Shown here: in pieces, positions 12,503-27,453 of the stretch
Position numbering within the stretch: the first letter of the stretch is position 1
How the letters are laid out: every line of letters begins with the position of its first letter
Assembly: GCA_965655095.1 (NCBI GenBank)
Contig: OZ296648.1
Span: 42,284,001-42,348,000 of the forward strand
Source of the DNA: Haplodiscus bocki
Lineage: Eukaryota
Length of the DNA: 64,000 nucleotides
Reading direction: 5' to 3'
Notes under the pieces: generated by a model
Told to the model about the DNA's origin: nothing
Seen by the model: the letters and a program-made list of their open reading frames with translations, nothing else
Database searches by the model: none
Translations under genes and position numbers: made by a program

Positions 12503-15500
12503 CTGGTACAAGGCTCTGACAACAAAATAATCTAACATTGACATGTTAAACATTTGGCCAGAACAATCCCCACATATTATCCAGGTTTGACTCTCGAAGT
12601 ATAAAACATGTTTTCTGTGATTTCTTCTCAGTCATCTCGAAATAATGCTCGACTGAATAGTTGAAGAAGACATTGGATAAACCCTACTACTCAATGAAAG
12701 AAACGTTTCGAGTACAGTAAGCATAATAAAACATAGGCACAACTAGAGTTGTCCACGGGCTTCGAGTAAAAACACGTCAGTCACAGCATTCCAAACGCTG
12801 GCCGAAAATCGTCGCTTCTCTAGCTGCTGAACGCTAGCTGCAGAAACTTTAAATCCTTAAAAACGGAACAACTTCAGGCTGAGAAATTAACATTTGAAGC
12901 CATTCTCTCTAGAACACATCCCAAGAAAAGATTGCTGCAGCGGTAACTTGGAAACATTTGAATTGGTCCCAAAAAGGGCCTGACGTAATATGTAACGATG
13001 ACATTTAACTTGAAAAACATTAGCTTTACGTAACATCCATATAATGTGGTAAAAACCTATGTTTTACAAAAATTTCGGGTTTCCGGAAACTTTTCCCACT
13101 ACGCTAAGCTGTACAAAAATGAGCAACTCTTTACTGACACGCTTCCCTGCTGCTCTTTCTCATACTGTGCGGTTGTGCAGGAAGTAGCACTGGCAACACA
13201 AACAGTTGCATTTCAAAAACAAGTCGAATTTTTGATGATTTTCGACAGAAATTAACGTTAGTCGCAACGTTTTATAAGTTCAAAAAAATCAATAAATATT
13301 TAGAATCGACCCTGAAATAAAGTTTCGTTGATTGATAGGCGTCACAGTACCCATTGTTTGGAGCTAAGCGAGCTATAAAGACAAGTTTCACGTGAAAATT
13401 GGATTTTCTGATTAAAAAGCCGAGTTTCGGGCAAACTATCGAAAAATTTTCCGCAAAATCCGATAATCCCTTGGAAGCAGCAGAAAGTCTTTAGACCTCA
13501 TTCACGTAATTTACAGAACTGTGAGGCACTGCTCGAAGGTACTACAGCTGCAAAAGGACCAATTTAGTAGAAGTAGAAGTTTAGTTTATAGTACGAGCAA
13601 AAGGTATACTCGGTTTGGGAACTTAGACTCTCTTGGGGTCATAAAATTCGTTTTTGTAAGTCAGACACCGAAAAACCAGAATCAAATCGGCAAAAAAACT
13701 TATTCGAATATTTTAACCACCCAAAACCTAGGGAAGACTTGTGGAAGACAACCGAAACCAACCCGTCAAATTTTGCATCTTATTGGGCAGTTAAGAAAGT
13801 ACAGCCATACTCTGAAAACACATCATTTCCATTCACATACCAAAAAATCAGTTTTTCGTTCGAAGAAACAAGTTGAAGGACAATTACTACCACCAAAAAA
13901 CCTGAGTCTCGGCTAGGAGCCTGTGAAAACATACCAGGAGCTCGGATAGGATTTGAGATATAGGCGTTAAAAATGAATTTTCCGAGATACAAAAATTCGG
14001 CAAAAAAATGGAATTTTTGACAATCGATCGGCGGAAAAAATTCGGCCAAAACAAAAACCAGAGAATGGACAAACTGAGACCACGAACAACAATTATTCGG
14101 TAAACCAGGCTGTTCAGAGTCTTGAAAAAGTACTCCTGAGTTGAAAATTAGCGAAATTATACGTAAACATACACAATTCCAGAAAGTTTCCGCGGAAACA
14201 ACCCATGTTGGCGGAAAATTTTCGCTAAAAAATTTCTCCGGAAAGTAAGGTCCGAAAAACTTTGGTGGTACAAGAGGCTCTACACGGCCTCGCAAAAGTA
14301 CTTTTGGGTCCAAAAGTGCCGAACTTACAAAAAAAAACACGGAATTTCGGAATACTTTGGCAAAAAGTGATGGCAGAAAAATTCGGTAAAAATTTCGTCT
14401 TTGTCTTTGCTAAGAGCTACAAAAAAATATACTGATGCCCCTCCTCGGCTCAGAGATATAGGCGTTTGAAGAACAAATTTTCTCGCAGATGCCACGAGAT
14501 CTGCGAAAAAAATCGAAAAACAAAAACGTCAAACCACCCACACTGGAGCAAGAGGCGGCTTCGGCGCTGCCATCGATTCGCTCTGTCCGCTCGAAGCCCC
14601 GAAAATTAATAAAAAAACGTCACGATAGGTGCATTCTCGTTTCACTCGAAGTCTTAAAAAACTCAATACGATATTTGATCTAAAAAATACAGGAGTTAGA
14701 AATCAAGCCATGTTGAGTTTCAGCAGAAACCAGGACAGTTCTTCTGAAGTCGAAGAAAAATTTTGGTCGACGCAAGTTTTATTGTTTCTACTTAAACTTC
14801 TTGAAATTTCGGGCAGTGAGTTCCAGCACAGCAACATTTTAAGCAGAACCTTCTCATTGAAAAACTCCAAATAGTTAATTGTTTGTGCCCCAATTTTTTT
14901 TCATCATCCCAACTACTTTCAACAATTTAACAAGTAGAGGTATTTAGTTAAATTTGGTTCTTCAAATGCTCGACACATTAGTGAAAACGGCGGTAAAATT
15001 GAACGACAGTGGACGCAGCCAGAATTGGCAAACGAGCGGGGGAAAGGTCCACATATTCAGTTGAAAATTTTCCGTCAGCATTATTTGTAGAAATGGTAAG
15101 AGAACATAGATTAAGCTGGGACATCGAGCCCGCTACCTATCGATTTGTTGAATTATATCAGGAGGGCATCATGAAAACTTTTGGACCGAAAAATTTCTGG
15201 GAATTTTAATCGTTTTGCTTGTCAAAAAAATGTAGGCTGAAAAAACCTCAACGAGATCTCTTTCAGACATAATTGACTTTTGCTCAAGCACTCAATGAAC
15301 TAAATCGTATCGGTAAACACCAGGAAAAACAATTCTGAATATGGACTTTATTCACCAATCATTGCAACTTCGGAATTTTTGATCGTTTTTTTTTCAAATT
15401 GAAACTGGAAGACGGAATAGCTTGAAGGACAAATTTCATAGATGGATTTAGTTAGCAAAAGAGTTAAAATTGGATAACAAGGAACGCATAAAAACTGACT

Positions 15501-17149
15501 TGTCACTAAGAGTTGTATTTTAAAAAATGTTTTGAGCTTTTTTTTCGGAAATGAAATTGGACGACCAAAAAATCTATTTCAAATAACCTTCTCAAGATAT
15601 ATTCAATTTTTGGATTGGGCTCTGCATGAAAGAAATCAAATCGGATATGTTTTCACTGAGACAAAATCTGAAAATCATTTTATATTCACTTATCATCATA
15701 TTTCAAGCACTTTAGGAGTTTCTCCCAAGAAACATTTTGGAAGCCCTAAATTTGTTCCACGTGACCTTTCTAGATAGTTTCATTTTTCGATAGGACGCTG
15801 AATGAAGTAAATCACACAGGTAAACACAGAAGGACACACGTTTAAAAACCGGTTCAATCATTCATCACTAACTTTTTTGGTCATTATGAACCCTTTCACG
15901 ACCTTTAAAGGCCAAAACTTGTTATATGAAACCTCTTTCAGATTCCTCTTTCAAACTTTTGATTGACCGTTCAACGAACAAAAGCGGACGTGTAGTCACT
16001 GATAAAAACAATTTTGAAACATAGCCGCCCAAGGAGGATAGGACTCCCGCAAAAAATTTGGGATAAGCACAATATTCCATTTAACACCTATCATGTTTCC
16101 CGAGAATTAGGATAACTGAATTCAAAATGTCCCAAGCTTTACACTTTTATAGCAATATTAACTGAGTAACAAGGGAATAACTTTCAATTTGTTTATTTAT
16201 GCCTTTTCACTAATAGTATGATGATCTGTATGCTTTGTCCTGTACTGCCACGCAAATTTACCGCTGTTTGAAAAAAATAGTATACTCGAAATGTCGCACG
16301 AAAATCCAAGTCAAATGACTACGGAACAACAAAAAATTCAAATTGTTTGTCATTTGTGCGTTCTCGTCACTACTTCGATACTCCATATGGTCCATCATCC
16401 ACCCCCACGCAGCTGGGCTGTGTTTTGAAAAAAAATGAAAATTTTTCAAATGTTGCACGAAATTTCCAAATTTCGGACGATTGCAAAATATCGTACGAAA
16501 AAGCGTTTTAGAAGAAAAAAACCATTGAAAATGGACAATAGACAGCATTTTATGCTTATTTTGTCACTTTTGGACCATCATATCTGTACAAAAACCGGTC
16601 CAACTTGAATGCTTTCATATATTGCTAGCTTCAGAAAAAACTAGCTTGAACACGAGAAAAATTTTTCGGATTAACGATATTGCAAAATGAAGATTTCTGA
16701 GAACTTTTGCGGGAGAGAAAAAAACTACGATAAAATACAGCTTCATTTTTACTAGGTCTTGAAGCGGGCGCGACCTGGTATGATATTACTTTCATCTTAG
16801 GTTTCGATATTAAAATATAACCTCAGAAGCGCAGAGGACTTTGAAAATTTTCAATTTATATTTCGGCCCTCGCATAGCTACTAAGATTCTAGGTATGGTC
16901 CCTACAGTACACCCACGCAGCTTTACAGCGTTTCGCAGATTTTTCAGATGTCGCAGGAAATTTCTTATTTTGGTCGAGGTCGCAAAATGTTGTACAAAAA
17001 AAGCTCAAAGAACAAAAACCGAGTAACCGAGTAACACTACAAGTACTTCGTAAAACTAAAATCCTCCCAAGTCCTAAAACGCCCGACTAATACAAATTTC
17101 TTCAATACAAAATACATTCATATTTTTTCCGAAGTTCGAACGAGAAGAA

Positions 17150-19344
17150 CGAAAACATTTGTTGCACATCTAATCATCGAATCAAAATGAAGCGAATAAA
17201 GAAACCTCAGACAAGGGAAAGTTTTGACCGAGAAGTGTTATTAGCAAAAATGATTTCACTGTGAAGTACAAGAATCAGTTCAGAAAGACAGTGAAAAACT
17301 CCTTGTTTTCAAAGACACATGTATCTTGTACGAAACTTTCCGAAACTCTCAGAGAAACAGTTAGCAAAGCATTGAAAGAAAACATCTCGAAACAAGTGGC
17401 TAAAAACCAAAACAAAGAAAAGATAACAGATTAAATAAAAGACCTGTTTGACAAACGTAGAAAAACAAATTACCCCTATATTGACAAACAAGTGAAAAAA
17501 ATGCTACGAAGCATATGCTGAATATCTCGAAAGAAAATGTGACGACGTTGAAGACAGTATACTTGTCAACCCTGCGGAAGCACACACACGAACTAAAGAC
17601 ATTTCAGGAAAGAAACGGTATTCCTGCAAAACGTGTTTGATAAGAAAAAAAACCGAACATTACTCATAAAAAACAATGATGTCAAAGAACATTGGTTACA
17701 ATATACAAAGGAACAATACAACGACTCGTGTAGACGTGATTCGAAGCCCTTCAGGTTTGAGGAACCATTAACAGGACCACCTATTTTGAAACAAGAAGTT
17801 TGGTGGGCAATGAAAGGTAAAAAGCGCAAAGCATTGGGACCTGATGGCATTCCAATAAAGCGATCAAAACACTGGAGGAGCTAGGGCTTGACTTGGTGCA
17901 TCGCCTTCTCCAACTGATCTACGAAACCGGTTAAGTACCAGAAGAGATGCTCAAATGTTTTCATCACACTGCCGAAAAAAGTCGGTGCAAATGAATATGA
18001 AAACTTCAGGAGCATTTCCCTGATGAGCCATATTCTTAAACTGCTATTGAACATTGTTATACAAAGAATTGAAAAGAAGGCACACCTATTAATTAAAAAA
18101 GAACAATTTGGCTTCATGCCAGACAGAGGAACTCGTAACGCCATTTTTGTCTACGAGTCATGGCCGAAAGAGCTTTGAGCCACCAATAAAAACTTTTCAT
18201 TTGCTTCATAGATTTTGTGAAGGCTTTTGACAAATACTTGCACTATGAAATGTTCGATGCTCTAGATGGCACTGGTGTCGATGATACAGACCCCCCCCCC
18301 CCCCCCCCGCCTTTTTCAAAAAATCTATTGGAAGCAAAAGGTTACTGTGAAAGTGGGAAACGAAGAAACGGATAACTTTTATGTAAAAACTGGTGTTCAA
18401 CAAGGTTGTGTTGCGTCGCCACTGCTCTACAACACCTTCAGCGAGAGAATATTGCAGTCCATAGAGAACTTACAAGGGGTCAGCGTTGGTGGGATGAACA
18501 TAAACAACCTAAGATACGCAGATGACACTGTTGTCATTGCAAAATCGGGAGAGAAATTTCAGCTGCTAAAGACAACTCTGAAGTAGGCATGTGATACTTA
18601 TGGAATGGAGATCACTACCATGAAAAACAAAACGGAAGTTATGGTGGTCGCAAAAGATCCAGAAAGATGTTCGATACAACTGAATGACATTATGATTAAC
18701 CAGACAGATACTTTCACGTACCTTAGGACGCTGATAACAGAGGACGGAAGATGTGCTAAAGAGATCAAGTGTCGAATAGCCCAATCAAAAACGGCCTTCA
18801 ATAATTTGAAAAACATCCTAACAAATAAAAAATTATCTTTCAAGACAAGATTCTGAGTGTTTTTGTTATATGTGGCCTGTTCTCCTGTGTGCATTCCAAA
18901 CTTGGACTCTCCACTGTGAGACGAAAAAGCTATTAGAGAGCGTAGAAAAGTGGTACCTCATTTGAACGAGAATGGAACGAATCTCGTAAACCGCCCACAA
19001 AACTAACGAATTTATACTGAGCAAAACACAAAAAACCCGAAAGCTCATAAAAATTATTGAAAGCAGACAACTGAAATTCTTCGGACATGTAATCAGAAAG
19101 GAAGAACTGGAAGAAACCATTTTGTCCGGCCACATCAACGGCAAAAGAAAAAAGACGACACAGAAAAATGTATGTTGATGGAATATCAGAAAAAGTAGGA
19201 AAAAGTCGAGCCGAGTGCATCCGAGCAGCGGAAAAGAGTGGAAACTTTTATGGAAAGCCTATGTCTGAGACCAGACACGGCACTGTCAAGAAGAAGAAGA
19301 AGAAGAAGAAGAAGAAGAAGAAGAAGAAGAAGAAGAAGAAGAAG
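17150..19344 (+). mobile_element. 5'-truncated RTE-clade LINE (RT pseudogene) with (AAG)n tail
   Basis: RT motifs KALGPDGIP, FRSISLMSH, EQFGFMPDRGTRNA, GVQQGCVASPLLYN, NINNLRYADD, EIKCRIAQSKTAF. Multiple frameshifts and stops; ends in AAG repeats. Confidence 0.9.
19288..19344 (+). repeat. (AAG)19 microsatellite, the RTE 3' tail
   Basis: Perfect AAG run directly after the RTE 3' end. Confidence 0.95.
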
Positions 19345-21749
19345 GAATCAAGGCCTCTGAATAAAAACTGGGCTTTGATTACATTTGGTTAGTTTGGAAA
19401 TCAATAACTGATTCCCCACCGAAATGATACCCAAATCCATAAACACAGCGAAGCGAAGGCTTCACAACATATGCTAATTAAACGATGCAAAATCGCGAAT
19501 TTTGAAAAATGTTATTAGATACTATACAAACATAAAAAGAGCAACAACAATCAAGAGGTTATTCAAAAAATAATTATAATACTAGGTGTCCCCTAAAAAA
19601 CAAAAAAACGTTTTGAATATGGAGCTCTCAAAATAGCCAATAGCAGAAATGAAACTACTTCAGAAAGTTCTTGCCTCGCTCGTCAATCAGAAAGGAAAAA
19701 AAACTGTTTCAAATTTTAAAGTGAAAACTGCATCACTTCGCTGAAATATATCTAGACAGCTTTCATTATCTGAGACCGAAGTGGTCACGTTATTTGCACA
19801 TTTTCGTGAGATCTGTAGTTGTCATATCTGATGACTGCCAAAAAAGATCGAATTGGAACAAGTTAGGGGGTTTGGTTACCAATATCAGCTGCTTTGGGTC
19901 ACTCAGTAAAAACAGGTACCTGGCACGCTGTCTTACACTCCAAAACTTGATCTGTCAATCATGCCTTTTTAGAGCCTAATGTTTAAGAAACACTCAGAAT
20001 TTTGTACGCGAAAATGACGAATACCAGAAGACATTTTTGACCGTTTACACTAGACCTATAGATTTTCTGATGGCGTCAAAACTGCAAGTGATCAACGCAA
20101 AAAAACTTCAGTTACCTGTTCTAAAACATATTTCTGAAGTAACATTTCACACCTGTAAAAATACCCAAATCGATACCATACAAACACTTTTAGTTCACTT
20201 TTGATTTACCGCCATTTCGCAAAAACTCCGAAAACGAACTAAAATCTAACATATCAAACTAAGATCAAATTAAATTTAAAAAACTTCAAAACACCAATTT
20301 CCGGAAAAATTTGCACTAAAACTTTTCCACCACAACCAAGAGAACGTATGTAATACATTGGAGCTTCCTTGTTTTGACTGCGGAAAATAATATTCATCTC
20401 CAGACCTTCAATGAGGATAATGGATTAAAACTTTCCAAAATCGAAAGTCGAAAAACATCATTTTCAAGTTCTTCCCCCGAATTTTTTTTACCGCAACAAA
20501 CAAATACCGTATACTAAACTGAAGCCTCCATGTTATGCATTTAGGAATCAACGGTCATTTTCAGACTGCTCTTCAGGTATATAGGATTAAAACTGAAAAA
20601 AAGTAACTTAAAAAAGTAACTTCAAAATTCAAAAAAAATGGTCTTCAGGTTTTTCACAAAGAACCTATCGAGCACCTTTCTCATCGCAATCGAAATTCCT
20701 TATTCAAACCATTTAAGTCTCCGAATTACGCCTCCTGAAAATACTGACCATTTTTAGTTTTTTTCCGGGATATAGCACTAAAGTTCTCACAAACTTCGAT
20801 CTTCAAGTTTCCTCCGAGAACACCGATCGAAAACTATTCTGACCACAATCGAGTATGTGAGAGACTGGAGTACTCTTCTTATGCAACTGCAGAAGAGTGA
20901 CCCTAATTTGGAATTGGATACACAAAACGTTTACCATATGTCTGCGAAATGAGAAGAATATCTCGATTTGAGTTTTTTTCTGCTAGCAATCGATCGAAAA
21001 AAAATTTCTGACCATGAACAAAAAACTAACACATTGGAGACTCCTAGTTATGGCTATACAACGTTCAAGCAGTTTGAAGACTTAGATGCCAAGAAAAATG
21101 ATGAATGAAAAAAAAATCGCAATGCCCAAATATTGCTCGACTTTCAAGGTTATTTTTATAGAAAAAACCATTAAAAAATTTTCGGACTTCAACTGAAAAC
21201 TGGTAACTGATTTAACTGAGTCTGCTCACTACGCCGTTGCAAAATTTATTTCATTTGGAGGCCTATATTTGAAAAAAAAACGGCTTCTAGTTAGACGAAT
21301 ATAGTCACCGTCGCCAGAATTAGCGCGAATTTCAAATAGCGTTAGCAAAAAAAAACATCTAAAAATTGTCAACTTAAATTTGATAGAAGATAGATCACAG
21401 ACTTTTCGTAACGTAGCTGCAAAATTGGAAAAATTCCCTGAATAGAGAGGTTAAAGAGATACTGAGCTTTGAATCAGTTTCACTCGGAAAGTAGGTGTTT
21501 CGGGGACATTCTGGGTAAAAACGCCTCAGACGAATTTTTGAATTTGCATTTGGTAATAGAAAGTTGAACGGAATATTTCTACGAAAGTAAGTAAGCAGAA
21601 AAATTCGAAAGCAAAAACGGGTTAAACGAGCACATGTTAGTAATTAATTAATGCGAGTTGTCAACGGCCAGACAAAAGAAACGTGCATCGTAATAAGCTG
21701 GCGTTGCCAGCTCCATGAGCAACTTGAGCAGTCTTGTCTTAAAGCACGC

Positions 21750-22700
21750 CCTTCAGAGTGCTACGGGATACTGCTTCAAACATGAAAAATGCTTTTGATT
21801 TTTCAATTTTCTCGAACCCGAAGTAGAAAAGGAGAAATAGAAGATGTCTCTTTCGTGGAAAATACTTTCATACGACTCCGCATAGGCAACAGACAGCATG
21901 GATGGGTGGCACATAGTCTGCAACTTGGGGTGCGAGATGGAATAAAAAGAACAAGCAACTACGAATACAAACAAATAAAGCACATTGCAGCAAACTTCGA
22001 CAAAATTAATGCACCTCTTGGTCGGAAATCACATACTTGAAATCATATCGTCAGGTGTCGCTTTGCTGACCGCATTCTGCCTTTCCTAGAATTTTTTAAA
22101 GAAGGTACGGAATTTTTTCAAGGCGAAGAGTATCCAACAGCTCCAAAATTAGTACCAACAATACAGCATCTTCAGGATACACTCATCGCAACAGAAACTT
22201 CAAATTCGTCTGTTAATGCTTCCAAACAATTTGAAAAAACAATCCAAATTATTGAAGGAACGTCCGCTTTTCATGGTGGCTACGATTCTGCATGCAAGCC
22301 AGAAATTGAGATTCACTTAGCCAGTGAAAAATGTCGCGCAGGACTATTCATTTTCCAAGTCCGATTATTTGCAAACAACAATGGCTAATTTCGAAAATAC
22401 TCAAGTGGAGAAATTTATGATTATGCAGTCAGGAACGTTTTGACCTCGAACGATCGGAGAAGTTTCATTCTGGCTCATTTGGAAAGGCCATGTTTCAACG
22501 GTGTCGACGTATATAAGTCCTGGGATTCGGTTGAGTCCAAGAATTTAAACAATCTTGTGAAATTTTGAGTGTACCTGTCGGTTCTGGTACTGTGGAAAGG
22601 ATGTTTTCACAATGCAATATACGGACCGCAAATCGGAGAAACAGGTTGTCGCCTAGGAACTTGGAAAAATTGTTTCAAATTGCTGTGTACAAAGTTTGAG
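21750..22700 (+). pseudogene. Old hAT transposase relic
   Basis: WVAHSLQLGVRDG (CxxH motif region), FLEFFKEGTEFFQGEEYPT, TVERMFSQC...RRNRLSPRNLEKL (hAT C-terminal dimerisation motif). Heavily disrupted; no TIRs found. Confidence 0.7.
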
Positions 22701-25700
22701 TTTGAATTCAAAATTCCAACTTTAGGTTTTTGAGCTACACGAAATTACATGAAAATACACTTAGTTGAAATACATGACTACAAGGTACACGAGACTTTCC
22801 TATATACAGAAGAAGATACATGAAAAAAACCTAACACGTTAATTCACAGACCACAACTAAATCTATTATAGTGATGGTTTCCAAACTAATATGATTACCA
22901 GCTGTAAATTTGAGCTGGTTCTGCGCAAAAATAATTCCACAGTTGATGAAGCATTACAGCATGCATGATTTCAAATATAATTGGCAATCATTTAAATCTA
23001 TAGCATTGAGTTTCGTTGAGCTAGAATAACATCGACAAAAATCTCCAGCTTTAGGTTGGACGCTCGATATTTGCCAATAAAATTACAAACTTGATCATAT
23101 TTCTCGCACAGATAAGAACGGCAGGCATTTATATAAATACTGAGTCAAATGTGAACAAGCCTGCAAAATAAACCACAGCATATTTCAACTGATCTAAGGA
23201 CTACTAAAGAAAAGGACCGAAAACAGACTTTGAATAGCAACTTTATAGGGTATTTACGACTTCAATAACAAACAATTGGGCAATTTTGGAACAAATTTCA
23301 TGTCAACCAAGTAACTGAATTTGATGAATGTATGATACACTGATAAGTCATGATAACATAAAAAATATTTCAACTGGAATTTAAAACCGCTAAAAAATAC
23401 ATTGTGTTTAAGACTGATTTCTGATTGCCAGAACATACTATCTTACGCTCAAGCCACAACAAGTCTTTCGAATGGTTATTAGAGGCATCTAAATTACCCG
23501 ATTTTGTTGAACACGAGAATCTTCATTTCTCAAATCACTTTTCTCGCTTCACTCGACTAGTGGCACTGCCAATAATGCACACAATTGTCAAGGTTGCTTC
23601 ACATAGACCGGCAAAAAAAGTCATTATTTTAGTATTTTCAGAGATCAAATGCTACTTTCTTGAGCTTCGTAGACTCCAGATCCTCATCGGTTCACCTCAA
23701 GCGGCTAATTACGATCCTTTTAGTGCTTTTCGAAGCAATTTTGCGTTTCTGGATTAAGTTAGTAAGTTTTACTGTAAACTTTTTGTCTGAAAACTTGGAT
23801 TGCGGAAATTTTTGGATGAAAAAATAAACACAAGGCGCTCTCCAAAGCGTCAAGGTGCAGGAACACTGTAGTACATAGCCTCACTCATCTATAAATTTCT
23901 CAAAATTTTTTCTGGGGACTTGGCAATTGAGAGACTATCGAGCAGTGATCTCACGGTTGTATGTTCCTGCTGTCAAGAGTGGGTTGAACCAAAAGCAGCG
24001 GTTATAACCAGCTCAAGCGTTTTTTCGAGCTGGATGAGTGCGATCATTGCAAATTTAATGTGCGAAATCTCAATAAAGTGCCTTTTTTTTCTCGGCGGAA
24101 GTGTTTATCGTATACGTTTGCCTCAGCTCGCTATGTCTTTTGTTGCTGGCTTGAGGCTAAGCAATTTCAGCTGCAATACTCGTTGCTCTATTGCCTGTTG
24201 CCTTTTGCGAGGCTTGCGCTAAGCATTTAGAGCCTATGTTTTAATATTATTTCCCGAAAAACAGCAACTACCAACCAATATTTCTTGATAACCCCCATAT
24301 ATGTCAAAGATCAGCAAAAAACCAGAAATCTTTGTGAAACCCCCGAAAAACTTTTTTTCCAAAATTTAGGGTTTTCGAACAAAAAGATAGTTTAATCACT
24401 TTTGTCTCCCGATTTCACGGTTCCGAAGATTTTGTAGAGGGACTCTTGATTAATAGATACTGCCTACGAAAGCTATTAGTTCAAAAATTTTGGCAAATGC
24501 TACAAAAAATTTTGCATGATTTGTATCTAATTTTGATCGGGGGTATTACACGAGAAAATGTTGGAACCGAGGTCCAAATTTTTGCCGAGCGACAAAGGGT
24601 GAGAGAAGTTCTCGCCCGAGTTTGTGGCACATTTGCTCCTTGAAATTGATTTTCAAAAAACTGAAATTGAATGTGTCTCTACAATTTGAAGAGCTCTAGA
24701 CGGTGGAAAGAGCTTCAGACGGTGGAATGAACAAGCCCTTCGTAACAGTAGGGCCTTTAAAAAAACGCCTGCTAGAAAACACATCTTTTCAAAACAAAGA
24801 GCCCCCTAACGAAGCTTGTGGTGTTAAGACGATTTTTTCCGGAAAAAAATAGTACAGGCAAATACTTAAATCAATTGCAAAAGCCACCCCTGTGTGTTTT
24901 TAGAAAAAAAATGGATCTTCAGCTATATTTTTTTCCTCAAGCCCCGTTTGTACATAAAGATAAAGTTTCCGAAGAGCCAAATGACAAAAAAGCGTCCCCG
25001 CAGTTTATCACCCTGCAACCTACTAAGAAAATAACTATTCCACGCCCAAACAATTATAACATTGAAAATTTGATTTTCACACTTTTCTCAATGACTTTTA
25101 GTGTTAAGAGTCTTACTAAATTTCACAAAAAAGTTTATATAGTCTTAATGAGTGAGTCCTTACCAGTAAAGTGGTAATTACTCACTCAAATCACCCATGG
25201 AGAAAGTAATGGCTCACCTAATTGTAATTTGGGGAGAAATAATTCTCAGGGGGTACTGGAGAAGACAACCAAAAGATTTCGACAGCCCACCTCATTGTGT
25301 TCCACAAACTTTTCGAAAAGACAATTATCTCATATTGATAAACATGGAGATCATGAAATTGGTCTCTTTCTTCGATAATGAATTCCAAGCATTTCACTAA
25401 ACTTTTACTTCGATATGAAATCAAAGCACCTCACTCAACTTTCGCATCTCTTCACAAATTCTTAATTCACATTTCCAATTATCATTCATTTCTAAGCACT
25501 TTTTGACTAATCGTACAGTAGTGTGATAAAAAGAGATCCGTACTCTTATTTGTGAAATCTCCCATATTCAAAAAACTGAAAATGATAATTACGCCATTTT
25601 GCTGTCCAAAGTTTGAGAAGTTTGCTGCACAATGAAAAACGCGAAAATGAAACCTAGCCGAACAAGGCGGATAGGACTTCGGAAAAAAATGAAAATTCAT

Positions 25701-25789
25701 TGATTAGCTCGCTCTAACCGCTACTATGATGGTACTGAACTCCCACGTACTTTGCTGCGTTTTGAAAATAATGAATCCCATATAAAATG

Positions 25790-26000
25790 GAGATAGTGAA
25801 CTGCGTCTCGGCTTTTCTAAAACCTATCGAAGTTTTTCTGACGTCAGTGCCGAGAGACCTAAGCAAGCAAGTAAAATAACGAGCCAATGAAATGAGTAAA
25901 TAAAACTCTGATAGTGTTTATGTTATGACGTCATGATGATCATGCCAAACGAAGAAAACAAGTGAGTTCATCAAATCGTCCGCCGCATTCACTCGCCTGC
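25790..26000 (+). repeat. Interspersed repeat; inverted copy at ~37760-37970 and diverged copy at ~28195-28370
   Basis: Shared blocks such as AGTGAGTTCATCAA.TCGTCCGCC.CATTCACTCGC and AAAATAACGAGCCAAT occur in reverse complement at 37.8 kb. Confidence 0.75.
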
Positions 26001-27277
26001 TTTATTTAGCGTGATAATAATGACTTCAAAGCCGAAAACGAGAACGTATCGTTAAAAAAAGTCTTGGACAGATTGAAAAATTAATTTGCCTATGTGGCAG
26101 AAGGGTTTGGTAGTTTTCGAAATGTCGCAAATTCCATATTTTGGACGAGATCGCAAAATGTACGAAAAAGCGTCAGAAAAAATACAAAAACCGAATAACA
26201 CTATAATTACTTCGTAAATTAAAATTTTCCGGAGTCGTAAGAAGTACCTGCCATACTTTCATTCTAAAAATTAATATGACAATCATATCTTTTCAGATCA
26301 TGCCATTTTGATGCACACTGCTCAAAATTTGCACATTAAAAATGAGATCATGAACAAGTGACTGCCACACTGTCTTCAACAATATCAACAAAATTGACAT
26401 CACTCTTGTCTGTTCAGGTTACACTATTTTCCGCCCAAAGTTTAAGAAGTTCGCACTGTAAAAAAGACCGCGAAAATTAACAACTACCAGCCACCTTGTC
26501 CCATATTCAAAACATAAGCACCAAAGCATTAAGTGCTAAGAATTTGGCATAGGAAAAAACTTAGAATGAGAATTTAACAAATTCCCATCGCGCCGAGAAA
26601 AATTTCAGACTAATCAAAGCGTCAAAAATTTCAGAGTACACAATAGTCCAGCAGTCAATTTCGATCCCTTGAATAGTTTGCAATTTTTCGACGGTTCTGG
26701 AATCAACAAACTTTAGACGTAATGAATGACCACCAATTTGAAAAAGCTGAAAGCAACATGCAACTTAATGTTAAAAAAATTTGAAAATATACGAATCTAA
26801 GTACCCGAATATTTGAATCTAAGATTCAACTACCACAAGTACTTGAAATCTAAGAGTAAAAAATGACGCTCGCTTCCGCTTGAGGAAACGTCACAAAGTC
26901 AAACAAAAGTAATAATAGGCAAGGACCATTCCTGTTCACTTCAGCGATCAGCCTCTCTGTCGGTCAATCACAAAGACGTTTGCAAAGTACGAAGAAAAAA
27001 GTAAAATCTATAGGTATTTAAGTTTCATTTGAAGCCTCAAAATAGATACGTCAATCATGTAAGACAGTTTGTCAATCAATTATGTCCTTTCAGGTTACTT
27101 CATTTTGTTCACCCAATGTTTGCACATTAAGCAACGCAAAAATGTACAGGTACCTGCCAAAATGAGGCCGTTTTTGACCGTTCACACTAGAGGACTTTAC
27201 TCACATGACCTCAAGAAATGTACAAGTTTCAAAAGAATAAACAAAAACTGGGCAATACTCTCCAGATGCGTCAGCCA

Positions 27278-27453
27278 CTGGTTGCACTCAAAAGTTGGCA
27301 GAGGTTTAATATTTACAATAAGAGAATCAGCAATCCTTGAAAAATACCTAACCTAAATGTATTAAGATTAGGTATAAAATTGGTTCTGAAGGATTGTTAA
27401 AATTCTTTGTCAGTGTAAATATTAAGGAGCTGCCAACTTTTGAGTGCAATCAG
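27278..27453. mobile_element. Small Tc1/mariner-type MITE
   Basis: TIRs of about 40 bp: CTGGTTGCACTCAAAAGTTGGCAG..TTAATATTTACA and TGTAAATATTAA..CTGCCAACTTTTGAGTGCAATCAG. Flanked by CA (left) and TA (right). Confidence 0.8.

Noticed and set aside
12503-12553. N-terminal part of ORF 12224-12553 as coding sequence (acceptor gtcag)
   Set aside because: Phase is incompatible with the upstream donor; the taccag acceptor gives the correct phase and alignment.
10313-16548. Medium ORFs such as 10313-10867, 13521-13916 and 13780-14340
   Set aside because: No recognisable motifs; Phe/Lys-biased translations of AT-rich interspersed repeats.
19168-19392. ORF with a poly-Lys tract
   Set aside because: It is the translation of the RTE (AAG)n tail, not a protein feature.
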